Assembly (NCBI RefSeq): GCF_009914755.1
Contig: NC_060925.1
DNA: 64,000 bases
Source of the DNA: the human T2T-CHM13v2.0 reference genome, Homo sapiens
Reading direction: 5' to 3' (one strand)
Under the pieces are notes generated by a model. That model was not told the origin of the DNA. It did not search any database and worked only from the letters and a program-made list of their open reading frames with translations. Below are positions 13,001 to 27,049 of the stretch, piece by piece (the first letter of the stretch is position 1; every line of letters begins with the position of its first letter). The translations under genes were made by a program, and so were the position numbers.

Positions 13001-15509
13001 GACTAAATGCCTCAACAAGAGAATTTACTCTGAGCACCAGCTCCTCCTTGAAGCACATAATCCTTTCCAAATTTTCTGCTGAAAGTTTATTATTGGGGAG
13101 GCCCAAGGGAAGTTTTAGTCTCCCATGAAATATTTAGATCCGTAAAACATTATATGATGATTGTCAATTTAAAAACAATAATACTTGACGGGAACAAATA
13201 TCCAGAAGTTATGTGTAAATCACAACGAGGTTGGGGGTTTTCTTTTTTCATATTCTCTCATTTAAATTGACAATACCATTGATGATGTTTCCTGGAAGCA
13301 TATCTATTTCTTACCGAGTACATGGATGAAAGCTCGGGATACAGCTTAGAATAATTATAATAAAAATATTGGACTTGTTTTCACTATCTTTTCTTTAGCA
13401 TTTTATTGCACCTGACTAGCTCAATTATAATTTCCTTGATAGAAAATAAAGTCCAGGATGGGTTATAATTTGTATGTGTAAATGCACATCCATGTGTATA
13501 AATACTAAATACTTTAGTTTCTGTTATTATTTAAATGTAGCAAATTCCTAGTGGCACTTACAGGCCCTCACCAAATTTAATTATTCTTTATGGGGTGTGA
13601 AGATGAGATGAAAAAAAAATAAAAGGTATATATTAGATGTGACATGCTGCATTCGCAGGATAATAAATGAAAACGGTAAAGTCTTCCTTTGGGGATGCCT
13701 GTCAAAACTGTAGAGATCTTGAAAGAATTTTAATGCCTCAAGATATGAGAGAGTGTATAAGAAAAACTCCTTGGTCAGTATACTATAGTAGGCAGTTAAC
13801 TGACCCCCTATCTCAGAGCCTGCATTTATTTAATGTGTAGAGATGAACAACCATAAATGTGATAAATGGCTACAGCAGGAGGCAGAATAGAATTTTTCAA
13901 AGAAAAGAAAAGGGAAGTTGGGGAGTTCTAGAGATCCTTAGCTGCCTCTTTTACTCCCATTCTTTTTAAAGTATCAGTTTTGAAGTTGAAATAAAAACTC
14001 GATAATAGGCATGGTATACTAACGCATGTTCCCTAACTAGCGGATGTTCCTCTTAACAAAAAATAAAAGTGCAATTGGAAAGTATTTCCTAAGCATCCCT
14101 AATGCTTTTAGGACAAGACAGATCCCATTTTTCAGCTACTAGCACCTTTTAATTTCTGAAAGAGCCACGGTTGAAAATCTTAATTAATTGTTCCATACTG
14201 CTTCAGGATCATTATGCAATGTAATAAAGGCCATGTAATTATGAAATTTTACAGCCATTATCAAGGCTGATGGCTCGTAATTCATCCTCAGCTGGACCCA
14301 ATGGCTTTTAGGCACTAGGCTCCTCTTTGATGAACTACAGACAGATCTATCAGGCCCAAACAATATCCAGGCGAGGCAGCTATAATAGCTACCTACAGAT
14401 GAAGCCATAGATAAAGATAAACTATAAATCTACACACACAAATGCAGGCACATTGCCTGGGGATGACAGAGGAGAGAGGATGAGACACTTGGGAAAGGTA
14501 GTTGCTCCCACGAAGGCCACCTCCTGTGCTTCTCGCTCATTCACTCCAGAATGGGGTGGATTTTATAAAAGACAGCAAAACCCCAGTGAACATCTCATTT
14601 ATTCTCCGTATCTCGAAATCAAATGAGAGAAGGAAAGGGTGTCCATGAGCATTGTATTTAGTGCATTATTTAAAGGGCAGAGACTACTCAGATATCCTAA
14701 TGTCTATTTCAGTAGTGAAAGAGAAAGCTAGATATATGAGATGTTATTCCTGGCACATAGCACTAACACAGCAATCCAAAATAAGTACTCTGAGACAAAT
14801 TCGATTATAGCTCATGAGTATCTCTTTCATGGATATTAATATCTTTAAAACAATAATTCAAGAACAACAAAAATTCATGCTGAAATGTAGGCAGGGAAAA
14901 TAACATTGTATTTATACATAACTAAAACGTTTGTAGTTCACATGTATTGACTCATTTTGGAATGTAGGAGTTCATGTAGCCGAATAACTGATGCAACTAT
15001 TCTGCTTAACGTATTTCTGACATATCTCTTTTGGTGAATTAAGCATTTCCATAAGTTGTTTTACACATAAATGTAAAAAGGTCATCTAGGAGGTTCGTTT
15101 GACAACCGTAGGGGTACACTCCAGGGAACATCTAGCTCAACTCTGCCTTTAGGTTGTGGCAACATCATGGAGCTGATGCCCTCGGTCCTTTTGACGGCAT
15201 CAGCCTCATGTTGGCTCGTTTCACGAATGCGACCAGATAGCTTGTCTGCAATGTGGCTTATCCCAAAGGAAAAGCCCATCAGTGGGTCAATCCAAGTCAG
15301 CCTGCAAACTGAAATGATGGACCATGCAGAGAAGGCAAGAAAAGCAGCAGGATGCATGGAGGCTGAGTGTGGGGTTGATGACTGACAGAGAGTTAGGGTG
15401 TATGGGTGTATGTAAGAGGCAAGGGTGTTCATAGGCAAAAGAATGTAATATTGGTTGAAGTGACATCAAGTCTCCAGAAAGCACAGCTTGAGACTGTTCA
15501 CTGAAAGTA

Positions 15510-15640
15510 TGGATTAAGAGTGAGAGAAGCTGACTTCAGTGCAATCTCAGCTACTAACTAGCTGTGTAAACTTCAGGCAGTCACTGAATTGCTCAATTTC
15601 CTCATCTGCCAAATAAGGTTGCTAGACTGGATGATGCTCT
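15510..15640 (+). mobile_element. MIR SINE fragment
   Basis: ctactaactagctgtgtaaacttcaggcagtcact...tttcctcatctg. Confidence 0.6.
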
Positions 15641-15749
15641 CTCTGGTCTATGGTATGCTCCAGACTAAACCTTCCACTGAACATCTTTGATGTTCCTCAA
15701 TATGGGCAGGGAAAACATGAATCCAAAACAAGCCTTTCCTGCATGAATG

Positions 15750-16910
15750 GACAGTCTTCCTGCCCGAATCAAGGCTGAGTGTATTTTATCCTGCAAACAT
15801 GATCTCACCTCCCATATTTTAGATAAATGAAGGACATCAGATATAAATACCCTTGACCTACTTCCCTTCTTGTCTGTAGCAGGACTAATTCTTAACACCT
15901 TCTCACTTGTCTGTAAGTTAAAGAGACTGCTCTTTCTTCCTAAGGAAGGCCTTTCCTATGTTCTCAATCCATCTGCTCTGGCCACCTTGAAGATTTTGAT
16001 CCACCAATTTTCTACTTGGCCCCTCTCCATTTCTTATACTTATAATCTCTCCTTCTCCTCAAGTTCCATTCCTTCATCCCTCTATTCTGATAAAATCTTA
16101 CTTCCATACTGGCTTTTCCCCAATAGCTAGCTCTCTGTCTCTGTCTGTCTGCCTATCTGTTTATCTGTCTTTTTCCCTCTCTGTTCACTGCATCCCTTCA
16201 CCACGAAAATTCCTGACAAAATGGTGTACATGCACTTTTGCACTAAATTCATCTCCATTCCACTAAAGTCTGGATTGCATCTCAGCTCTATCATACTGTA
16301 ATCACCAATGACCTAATTGCCCCATCCCATGGCCTGTTCAGATCCGATTTGATCTCTCTGGACTATTTTGTCCAGACTGACCCCTCTCTTACTTCCTGAA
16401 GCTCTTTCCTCCTTTTGCACTGATAAGACATCTTTCTCCTGGTCTTTCTTCTTTTATGCCAATCCTTTTAATGTAATACTTTAAATAATTCTGTGTTCAC
16501 TTCTTCTCTTCTTCCTCTACCTGCCCATCCATACATATCTATGGATGTAACAAAACTATATCACCAGTACCCCCTTCTCCCCAAAGAGCAAGCCTTTATA
16601 TTTCTGGTTTTTTACAGGTCATTCCCATCAAAATGTCTCATTGGCAACTCATATCAAAATGTCTAAAATTGAACTCATTTTCCTCCCAGACTTAGATCAT
16701 TTTTAAATACTGAACAACACAGAGTTGAAATTTGGGAGTTAGCTATGTTTTGACTTCTATGTCTAATTTTTCCTATGAAATATCTCATTTCCAAAACTAA
16801 TTTCTAGTCCCACTGTCTAGCTCAGTTCCTCATTATCTTCCACCTGAACTAAGTCAATAGCCTCCCAACTTATGATTTCCCTGACTCAAGTCTCTTTTCT
16901 TCTAGATCTG
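15750..16910 (+). mobile_element. Degenerate L2 LINE fragments
   Basis: Pyrimidine-rich L2-like motifs (tcaccaatgacct, aaaatgtctaaaattgaactcattttcctccc, aatagcctcccaact). Confidence 0.55.
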
Positions 16911-17064
16911 TATTAATCAGGGGTCACCTCTTCCTTGTTGTGATGGTTTCTCTCTGTGAGGTCCACAGAATCCTTCATTGTCAGGGCCCAATTTACTTTT
17001 CTTTCTTCATTTTTTGGTAAGAATGATGATGATGACAATTATTATTACTATTAAAATTTGTAAA

Positions 17065-18060
17065 ATTCACTGAGTACTAAATTCCAGTCACCATGCTAGT
17101 GCTTCCATTTATCATGAGCTGGGCATTATGAATGCAACAAAAGAAAAATATGGATTCTTTGGGGCCTTATATTCAAGGGGTGGGGTGGAATAAATAAAAA
17201 TATAGCAGGCAGTGGTATAATACTGCAATAGAGAAACATGAATACAAAACTATGAGGGAAAATGGGCCCTGGGATGGGGCATGGGGAAAGAGGAGCTGCT
17301 GTTGTAAGCAGTGGGAGAGGGGGTCAAGGAAAGCCTCACTGGTACCTGAGCTTTGAGCAGAGATCTGAAGGAGGTGAGAGAGCAAGTCCTTTGTCTATCA
17401 GGGTGCTATAGACTGACAGTTTATATTCCTCTAAAATTCTTAGTTGAAATCCTATCGCCAAAGGTATGACATTAGGAAGGAGGGTGTCTAGGAGGCGATT
17501 AGGTCATGAAGGTGAACAGAGCCCTCATTAATGAAATTAGTGCCCTTATGAAAGAGACCAGAGAGCTCCCTTTGCCCCTTCTCCATAACAGAGCATGGTG
17601 AGAAGAGAGCCATCTATGAAACAGAAAGGGGACCCTCACCAGACACTGAATGTGCCAGCACCTTGATCTTGGACTTCCTAGCCTCTAGAACCATAAGAAA
17701 TGCATTTCTGTTAATTATAAGCCACCCATTCTATGGTATTTTTGTCGTAACAGCCCAAACGGACTAGAACACTAGAACTTTCAGGCAGAGGGAATGGAAA
17801 AGACACATATACCAAAGAAGGAGCCTTCTTGTTTTGGTTCAGAGAATTTTACAGAGGCTAGTGCAGCTGGAGAGGAGTAGCAGGAGATGGTGCTGACTGG
17901 AGAATGGGGCAGGCATGTCACAAAGGCTTTGCAACTTTGTGCAAACTTTTGCAGCCTTTACTTTAAGTGAGTTGGGAAGTCACTGGGGGCTTTGAACAAA
18001 AAGGAGACAGGATCTGATTTGTATTTTGAAAGCTGACTAGGTATGGGATAGGAGTAAGGC
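17065..18060 (-). mobile_element. L2 LINE fragment interrupted by an MLT1A LTR
   Basis: ggggtcaaggaaagcctcact...tttgagcagagatctgaagga before the LTR; caggcagagggaa...gggaagtcactgggggctttgaaca...gatctgatttgtattttgaaa after it. Confidence 0.65.
17404..17771 (+). mobile_element. MLT1A0-like MaLR solo LTR
   Basis: tgctatagactga start; gattaggtcatga, ccctcaccagacac, caccttgatcttggacttc motifs; cagcccaaacggactagaaca end. Confidence 0.85.
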
Positions 18061-18089
18061 AGTCAAAAGCATTCTCACTAAAACCTTAT

Positions 18090-18230
18090 GGAGAACACAT
18101 TATTCTCTTTGCCACTTTACATTTGAGGAAACTGAGGTGCAAACCCACTCCAAGTCACCTGACTAAAATTATTAGAGGTATGATTTGTACCGATGCCATT
18201 TGAGAACTTAGAATTTAACCACCATGCAGC
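18090..18230 (-). mobile_element. MIR SINE fragment
   Basis: ccactttacatttgaggaaactgagg, reverse MIR core. Confidence 0.6.
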
Positions 18231-19789
18231 ACTGTTTGTCTTCCTGTGTTCCAACTATCATTTTCCCTTTCCCAAACAAGCCATGCTGTTTTGTATTTCT
18301 GTGCACTGGATATTTCTTCACCTTTGTGTGAAATGCCTTTTCCCTTCCTTTCTGCAGGCAAATACCTCTTAAACAATCCAAACATATCTGAAATATTTTT
18401 CTCTAAGTATTTCTTTAATAACCTCAAACAGAGAGGCACTTCCTTCTCTCCTGCTTTCTCCTCTACTACTTGGCCCTATTTCTATTACTGCATTGTGTCG
18501 ACACTACTAAAGTCATTATCTCTTCTATGATATCAAAATGTATTCCTCTTTGTAATTCTAGTGCTTGGCAAATACTTGGTTTTTAAAAAATTAAAAATTT
18601 TGTGTGTGTGTGTGTGCCCAGAACTTGGAAGGTCTCAAGGACCTAAATTGTCTTAATTCATGTTTGCAGAATTGAAAAATCAACAACTGGTGGGAATGGT
18701 CACATCTTGAATGAGGACAAAAGCGTGAGTCTGTGAGAAGCGCTTAAGAGCATGGCCCCTAGAGCTCTTCCTGGCACCTATCTCCCCACCCCACTACTGT
18801 CTGTCTTTCTGCTCTAATGGAAAGGGAAATCAGAACGTGGTGAAACCTTTCCACTGCTACCGCACAGCCAGAGGTGACTCGGGCAGCTGAGTAATTCCTC
18901 CAGGGAAACGCAGGATAAGCCTGAGAAGCTTGAAGAGTTTGAGAGAGAAAACGCAGCAAATGCATCCCCTAGTTTAAAAAGAACAAGCTAAAACCTCTTA
19001 AATGAACTCTACCCATCTTCCTATCCCTCAGCTTAACACCAAGTTACTGCTACACATTCTTAGGTTTACATCTAGAGCAAGCATGCACCCAATTAACAGC
19101 AATTGTTTCAAGGTAACTCTGAAAAGTTAAATGCACCAGTATGATGAGGTTGCAAGATGTTTATTAAATAAAGTCCATAAGATAATAGAAAATAAGCTCA
19201 GGAAATGATTTTAGAAGTTATCATATGCAGAATATTCATCGAACAGGCAAGGGAGATGATGCCACCTAGATAAACAAATTCCACCATTATATTAGGCATG
19301 TCATGTCAATTAACAATTACTCTAGCAAGCATAGGACTTAAACATTTGTTGTCATGATATACATTTAAAACAGATTTTGAGATACATGCTTATTTCTCAA
19401 ATCATAATTCTAATATTTCAAACACAGTCTAGAAGATGAGGAAGACCATTCTAGTTGTATAAATAAAGTCTAACTTCAGATCTTTGGAGGGATTGCTCCT
19501 CAGTTATAAGGAAGGAAAAAGTCAACCTGGAGATTTTATATATATATATACCAATATATACCAATCCACATCTTAGCTAATGGTTAAATATATTTGCTGA
19601 CAATTTCTTTATTTAGTGAATTTGAAGAATTTTCATATATATATATATAAGCCTTTAGTAAGAATGGCATGTCCCTGACATCACTTGAAAATATACAATT
19701 TTCGTTTGGTTGCTTAGTATGGCCATTAACACATAGGTTATTATGTGAGATAACACACTTGAAAATACCAGGACAGTCAGTTCCCCTTC

Positions 19790-20080
19790 CCCCCTACCTT
19801 GTTTTCAGCCACCCTCCCTGACCCTCGGTTCATTCTACTCCAATCACTTGGGCCTCCTTCCTGTTCCTGGAATGTCCAAGCACACTCCTGCCTCAGGACC
19901 TTTGTATATGCTGTCCTTCCTGTCCATTTTCTGTCTCCTTCACTAGAATTTACATTCCACAAGAGTGGGGATTTTTTGGTTACATTTGTTCACTGCTGGA
20001 TCGCTAGTGTTTAGCAGAGACTTACACATACTAGGTGCTCTATAAAATATTTGAAAAAATGAATGAAGAGATGAATGACA
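19790..20080 (+). mobile_element. L2 LINE 3' end
   Basis: ctcctgcctcaggacctttg...actagaat...ccacaagagtgggga...taggtgctc...aatgaatgaa. Confidence 0.75.
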
Positions 20081-21899
20081 ATATGCACAGCATTAGCAGT
20101 GTATTGTGAATTTAGTAGTTTTATAATGGAATGTGCTCAAAATATATTAGCTTGTTGTCTCACCTTTGACGCAAAAAAAAAGTGAATTAAGTTAATTTGA
20201 GATGTAAAAATACATACAAAAATCATTACTACCAAAATATTTCTTAATTCTACCCTCTAAAGAACAGTCAAAAAGTTACTTTAAATTTTAATTTTATTAA
20301 AAGAATCTTGAAATGAAGTGAAAAATTAAAAAAATCATAATTTAACCAAGAAATTTAAAATAGGCCCTATTTCTGCTAACCTAATCATTCTTGGAGATGC
20401 TGTCTGGCCACATTGTATGTAGAATTTATGTACTTTAATATTTCCACCTTATTGCATATCTATTATAGAGGTAGCCTTGTGAGCCTTCTCTCTTATTAAT
20501 ATTTCCCATAGAATTCATATACTGTTATTAATTTTCATATTTGGAAGAATCTCAGAAAAGCCAATAGACTCAGAAATTCATATATGATAAAACAGGTGTA
20601 AACTTCCGTACTCTATGCAGAAAAAGATTCTATAGATCATGTGGCACACATATTTTTCATTTATTACACATTTTAAATTAGAACTAAAATGTAAAATATC
20701 AGACTTATAATTAAAGCCTCTAACTGAAGACTAGACATGGCCATAGACAAGGGACCTTATTTAATTTGTTGAGTATTCTATCTTTCAAACCACAAAATAT
20801 GTGCTAAAATATTCATTAAATGTACCAACTCACAAGAGCAACTTCTCTATATCAGTCAATATTATGTTTAAAGTAATATGTTTTCAAATTTTTCATTTCT
20901 AAATTCAATTTTAATATAAATAAATGTATTTACAAGTAACATGGCCTTTAATAACAGTAAAGATGTAGATGTAATAGTGCTACATGCTAATTTCTGTTTC
21001 AGTTTCTCTAGGATCAAGACCTAGAAAGCACTTGAGTAACCGAAATATAGGAGAAACAATAGCTAGAAATAAAGACTAATTCAAAGCCAATTATATCCCA
21101 ATGTGAACCTTTCTTTATTGTGGTGCTTTTACTAAGGTATGCTCTTTAGATAGAATCATTCCTGTTGTGCTTGATTAGTATTTTTCACTACTTAAAATTT
21201 TACAGTAGAATTATTTCTTTAAAAAAATCAGAGAATTTGCTTTTTTAGTCCTTCTGAAAACAGGCAGTTTTTCAAGATGTTTCTTTATAACCCGGGAAGA
21301 TGACATTTACTAATGTGTTGAAGAGACAGGGATTCTCTTTTGAGGCAGGCAACACTAATAAGAAAGATATGGTTCAATGTCCTAGGTATTCTTCCAAGTT
21401 TTATTAATTAGGTGGAAAGCTTTTCCCACTGGAATAGTGCAAGGTATTTATTAACACTTCAACCCACAAATAGAACAAATGTACAGCAAAGGAGGTAATT
21501 ATTAAATACACCAACCCCTTTATCTACTTGGCAGGAACAACCCAAAAGACGGTTTCTGATTATGATCTTTTTCATGATATTTTAATTGTGCTTCTTAACC
21601 TGCTAAATTAAAAACTACAGGGCAATCTCACTTAGATCACAGACAAAAGAGATCATATCAATTTGCAACAAAATGTATGAATGCTTCTATCTGCTTTAAT
21701 TACACCAAGAACTTAACAGGCAAATTCAATAGGATCACAGAAGGATTGAGAGCTAAATGTTATCTCTTAGTCAATGGCATTATCATTTCCTGTATGTTGT
21801 TACACATTATGGAGTGTGAACCTCAGTTTAATAATAAGTTTGGGAAATAATGATATTGAAGTAAGGGAAGCTCGCTCAGCTATTTGAGTCTTTTGGTTA

Positions 21900-21900
<1 letters not shown>

Positions 21901-21930
<30 letters not shown>
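21901..21930. repeat. (TG)n microsatellite
   Basis: Direct observation. Confidence 0.92.
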
Positions 21931-22387
21931 ATCAGCTATTCATACCCTGGCCAAGAGCTTAAGATGAGGGACATATAAAGAGAAGCTATAATGACCAAAG
22001 TCTTTGCTTGTTAAACAAAGCCAGGATATAGGGAATAGCTTACAATTTTTTTAACTTCTATTTTTGTTCTACGTCTGTAATCATTTTTAGACCAATACTG
22101 TGACTGAATTCCTTTCAGCCAAACCTTTAGTTTTTCTCAGATAGTCCATTTACCTTTATCCTGAAAATCGTGACTCACACCAAACCTTCTTGTGCATCCC
22201 TGAGAGTGATCACACAGAAGATTCCTGGGAGCTTTGACTACTAAGGGTTTGGGATTTTCATTCTGGCCATACTTCGGGAGCCGAGCCCAAGACGTTCCCT
22301 GGTAATGAACTGGCCTAAGATGTATTCTTTGGTAATTCTTCATGAAATGGATATACTACATTCTGTGGGTATAAGGTGTGTGTCTAT

Positions 22388-22390
<3 letters not shown>

Positions 22391-22425
<35 letters not shown>
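22391..22425. repeat. (AG)n microsatellite
   Basis: Direct observation. Confidence 0.92.
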
Positions 22426-22429
<4 letters not shown>

Positions 22430-25367
22430 ATGTTTTCTGATTCTAGTACTAATCCTTGTTGATCAGTTCCTATCCTTTTCATCTGTTTTATAAAGGGCAT
22501 CTCTTTTAATGCTCACATCCTGTTGAATTCCATTTTTTTTTCCTCTTTTTTGAACTATTTTCTATGTTCCTCCCAGATGTGGGACTTCTTATTTAACCAC
22601 TTCAGTAGGATTCAGGCTTTTTTCTCTCTTGGAAGAATAAAAAGATGCAATTCTTTTTGGTTCCTTATAAAGCAACTCTTTAAAAGTAGCTATAGCTCTT
22701 AAATACAAATATAAATGAAACATCAACATGTAGTAATGAAAGAGAGAGCCACATCTCAGCAGCAGTGGATGATGCATCACACATATCCCTGGAATTTCCT
22801 ATTAGGTCTCAATGTAACAGGGAGAATTAACAGATAGAAAGCTGCCATATGAAGGCTTATACTTCAATAATATTCAGAAAACTATTATTTTGTAGCATTT
22901 GTTACACATATATCTCTAATCGTCCTTCAAAACTTTTTTTAAACTTTCACATTTTTGTACTCATTTACTACATAAAATTAAAGTTCTTAATGACTCCAAC
23001 TGTGTTTTAAAACATTGAATTCCACACAAAAATACATCAATAATGTAGAATTGAATTTTTCTTCTCTCTACCTATTTATTCATTTATGAATGTAGCTCTT
23101 GGTCCACACTTTGCATGGACAATAGAGTCTTGCATGTCTCATGCATGAATAATCCCATTTTGCTGGGGACTGGTTTTAATTTAGTGTTTATTTGCACTCA
23201 AATCTTTCTCAATTAAGTCTACTACTTTCTATCTCCGCCTTCCCCCCAAGCACATGGCATTTGAAAATGTACAGCAGTGTTTTTGAACTGATGGATTTAG
23301 TGGAAGAACCAAAGAATGCTAAAAGTTCCACAAAACACATACGTTTCCACTCAAAATAGCCATAGCACCCTATTGACAAACACTGTGAATTAAGTGCACT
23401 GTAAAATAAAACTGGAAATTGATTACCTAGTTGCCACGTGCAACAATGCACATGGGACAATCTTCAAATCACTGACAAGAAATTGTGTGTTCTGATATTG
23501 CCTGCAGCGCTGTACTATCCATCCATTAAATCCATGGAATGACACTATTTGTTTGGATTGTAGTATTGTTTCCAAACCTGCCTTCAAGATTATCATTTTG
23601 TATTCATCAGGTATTTTTTGAAGTTTTCTATCATCATTAAAAAAGTTTAGGGATAAAAATCTATTTTATTCTTTTGTACAAACATCCAAGAAACTTCTTC
23701 CATGCCTCTTCTAATCCCTGACAGCTCTTGATGAGTAAAGAAATAACTGCCTTGAACCTCAAGGTTTAAAGTTCATCTTGGAAACATGGGTTTATATCAC
23801 ACCAGGATCCCAGCAAGCTTCTAATTTTGTTTTATCATCTTAATATTCATGTTTAATTGTTGCCTCTTAGAGGCTTACCACTAAATTTTGGATTACAAAT
23901 ACATGGAATTTCAACATGTACTATCACATTTTTTAATGTGTTTCTGGCGCTTCACTACGAAAGCTATGATTACATTTGCTGTGTAGTCTCTCAGTCTGTT
24001 CACTGGAAAAATAGTATCCACCATCAGATGAACAGGGTTGAAACAGTATTCTACACTTTGCAGGATTTTATTTATGTTTAACACGATAATGACAAGTAGA
24101 AGTTACTAACATGTATTTTTAAGAGATAGTTCAGTTAAAAACATGAAGAGATTATAAAATCTTATTTTTTTGCATTTATGTTCAATAATGCTGAAAATGC
24201 AAAAAAACTTAGAGATTTGTTTCAAATGTTGAATAGAAACTTTTGATAACTTGAATTCATATGTGTTGTAAAATGTGAATAGCAATTACTTGAGTGATAC
24301 TATTCAGGATGCAAATGTTCATACAGAGATAACTGTGTGCACTTGGAAATAAACTTTGGGTCTTGGTTTCCTCATCCAGACAAAATAGGTGGATGATGAC
24401 AACAATTTCACAGGGATGTTGTAGGTATCAAATGCAAGTGAATATTAAATTTATTTAGAATGATTTTATAATCTCAACATCATTGTGCATATGATAATCA
24501 TTGTCATTATTATTTTTTCATCAAGAGTAATAATAATTCAGAACTGCAAAGTGCAGAGACATTTCACATAGGTGAATTTCATTATATAAAACTCCAAAAC
24601 ATGTTTTAAAGATTTTAGTCACCCTGATTAAATTCCTTAAAAATAATTACATATTTCTCATTCTTCCTAAACAAAGTCTATTACATACTATTTAATTTTC
24701 CTGCTGACTCAGAATCTGCACAATATCAGGTACCAATCAGGAGATCCAGGGTTGTAAGGAGATGCCCTCCAAGGTTACTGAGGAATACGGGGGATACCCA
24801 AACCCACATTACACAGCTTTCAGTGCTAGGCTTTTTGGTGCTTAATCTGCGTTTCATATTTTTTCATGCAGGCTCCCTTACTTTTAATTGCTGTCCGTGG
24901 AATTCCCTTTAGCATCAACCTCCTCTCAAAACTGCTGTGGAGTGGAAGAAGAGTTAATCTAGTTAGAATGGTACCTAGAACGAGTTTCAAGAGCTGGGGG
25001 ACTCTATTACAAATATAATACCTTCTCAGGTCACCTAGAAAAAACACTGTTTGTTTTGTTTTGTTTTGTTTTGTTTTTGTAACATTGCTGTAAGGAATTG
25101 GAGTTATTCAAAATTTGGTAAAATATGTCCTAGATGGAGAGAAACTGAATTGAAAGACAGTGACATGAGACTGACTTTAATAAAAATTACTGCATAAAAC
25201 TATGGTTTTATGGGTGTTTTTCTCTTAAATGATTAGGAAAACAATTTAAGAATTAGAAAATGACAATAAGAATTGAATTATGTATCCTCATATATTTTCA
25301 AGTAATTGCCTGGTATTTATGCAATATAACAATATATTACATATAATGACTTTTTAAAATGTACCCA

Positions 25368-25676
25368 TTTATTTTATTCATTTGGAGACGGGCTCGCTCT
25401 GTCACCCAGTCTGGAGTACAGTGGCACAATCATAGCTTACTCATCCTCCAGGGTTCAAGCAAAAAATCCTCCTGCTTCAGTTTCACCAGTAGGTAGGACT
25501 ACAGGCATACACCAGCATGCCTAGCTAATTTTTTAATTTTTATGTTTTTTTTTTTTTTTAAAGACAGGATCTCACTATGTTGTCCAGGCTGGTCTTAAAC
25601 TCCTGGCTTTAAGGGATCCTTCTGCCTCTGTCTCCCAAACTGCTAGGATTACAGGCCTTAGCCACTGTACCTGGCC
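25368..25676 (-). mobile_element. Alu (old, AluJ-like)
   Basis: Diverged reverse-complement Alu with ctcactatgttgtccaggctggtc and caatcatagct; ends ctggcc. Confidence 0.92.
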
Positions 25677-26370
25677 TGTATTAATGATTTCATATAAACT
25701 TTAAACAATTCATTGTCAAGCTTGTAACATACCCACCCCAATGCATATGTTCTAAAAATGTCCAGATTAACATTAACATTCAGAATTAGTCTGATGTTAT
25801 TTGTATAAATTCATATAAAAGACTTACCTATTAAAAATTCAAATGTCTTCAAATATACATAGCTTTGATCTAAGTATTTAGAACATTTATCACTTGTTTA
25901 TAAATTTTTCAAAATTTTATTGATATTCAAATAATAAGAAATTGTTTGATGAATACACACATACTTATATGTTTGTTAAAATGCATGCTGTTTACTCGAT
26001 GTGCTACAATGGCCTCTTTCTCCCCATTATATGTGAATATGTAATTAACAATGCAATAAATATCTCCCATGAAATTTCCAAGAAAACTCTTAATTCAAAT
26101 GTTCCCTGGCCACTTTTTAGAGTTCACTATTTTTTCTGTTTTATTTTTAAATACCAAAGATAAAATGTACTGCTCGGTCACAGAGTGCTCATGAAAATAT
26201 ACCCTGTCTGCTCTGCTCAAAAAATATTTATTGATCTTATTGATGAAGATGACTTCTTGTCAAGTGAGAGACTAGAGATGATAATAAAACTATCCTACTT
26301 ATGTATTAATTTATAAGATTTGCAAAATTGAATAAGAAACTAAAAAACTCACTCATAGGATGGTTTAAGA

Positions 26371-26575
26371 CAGATTTCTCAACATCAGCACTATTGACAT
26401 AATTCTTTGATGAGAGCAGGAGGTGGGGGGATTGTCCTGTGCGAGGTAGGCTATTTAGCGGCAGCTCTGGTCTCTACCCACTGGATCTCCCTCCCCTGAC
26501 TGTAACAATCAAAATATTGTCAGACATTACCAAATGTTCCCTGTGAGGCAAAATTGCCCCATGTGTCAACTACTG
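26371..26575 (-). mobile_element. MER20 (hAT-Charlie) DNA transposon fossil
   Basis: tttctcaacatcagcactattgaca...ctctacccactggat...cagacattaccaaatgttccctg...gcaaaattgcccc matches reverse MER20. Confidence 0.8.
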
Positions 26576-26763
26576 GCTTGTGATGATGTAAAACATTTTC
26601 CTTCCTAAATGAATTATTCGTTGTTGAGAATAACGGTATCAAAAAAGCTTGTCTGGGTCTGTGCAGCATTTTTGGAAACCTAATCTACACAAACTTGAAC
26701 AAAAGGGCCTCCTCTATTTCCTAAACTTGTTCCCAAGCAAAATCTCCAACTCTCATAGCAATA

Positions 26764-26914
26764 CTAGGCCGGCTTCATGGGCGTGCAAACTGCAGGAAGC
26801 CATGCTCGGTTTAATGCTCTGTTGTCACCACCTTGAAATTCATAATAAATTTTTAACAAGAGGATCGGCATTTTCATTTTGCAGTGGACTTTGCCAGTTA
26901 TGTAGCCAGTCCTG
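26764..26914 (+). mobile_element. MER45A-like (hAT-Tip100) DNA transposon fossil
   Basis: ggccggcttcatgggcgtgc...ggtttaatgctctg...cattttcattttgca...tatgtagccagtcctg; family name from recall. Confidence 0.65.
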
Positions 26915-27049
26915 CAATAATGATCAAATCAACATTATCAGATGTATCAATGAAATCTACATTTTGTCAGCCTAAGTTTTGGAGATACTATGTGCTTTAA
27001 AAAAAAAAATCAGGTTGAAAGTTAAAAAGGACTAGTCTACATTAGTAAT

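Noticed and set aside
25822-25840. Possible recursive splice site tttttaatAG|GTAAGT on the minus strand (similar motif at ~37875 in a MIR)
   Set aside because: Pyrimidine tracts are short and interrupted, and the intron appears smaller than those with well-supported recursive sites; saw-tooth nascent RNA data would be required.
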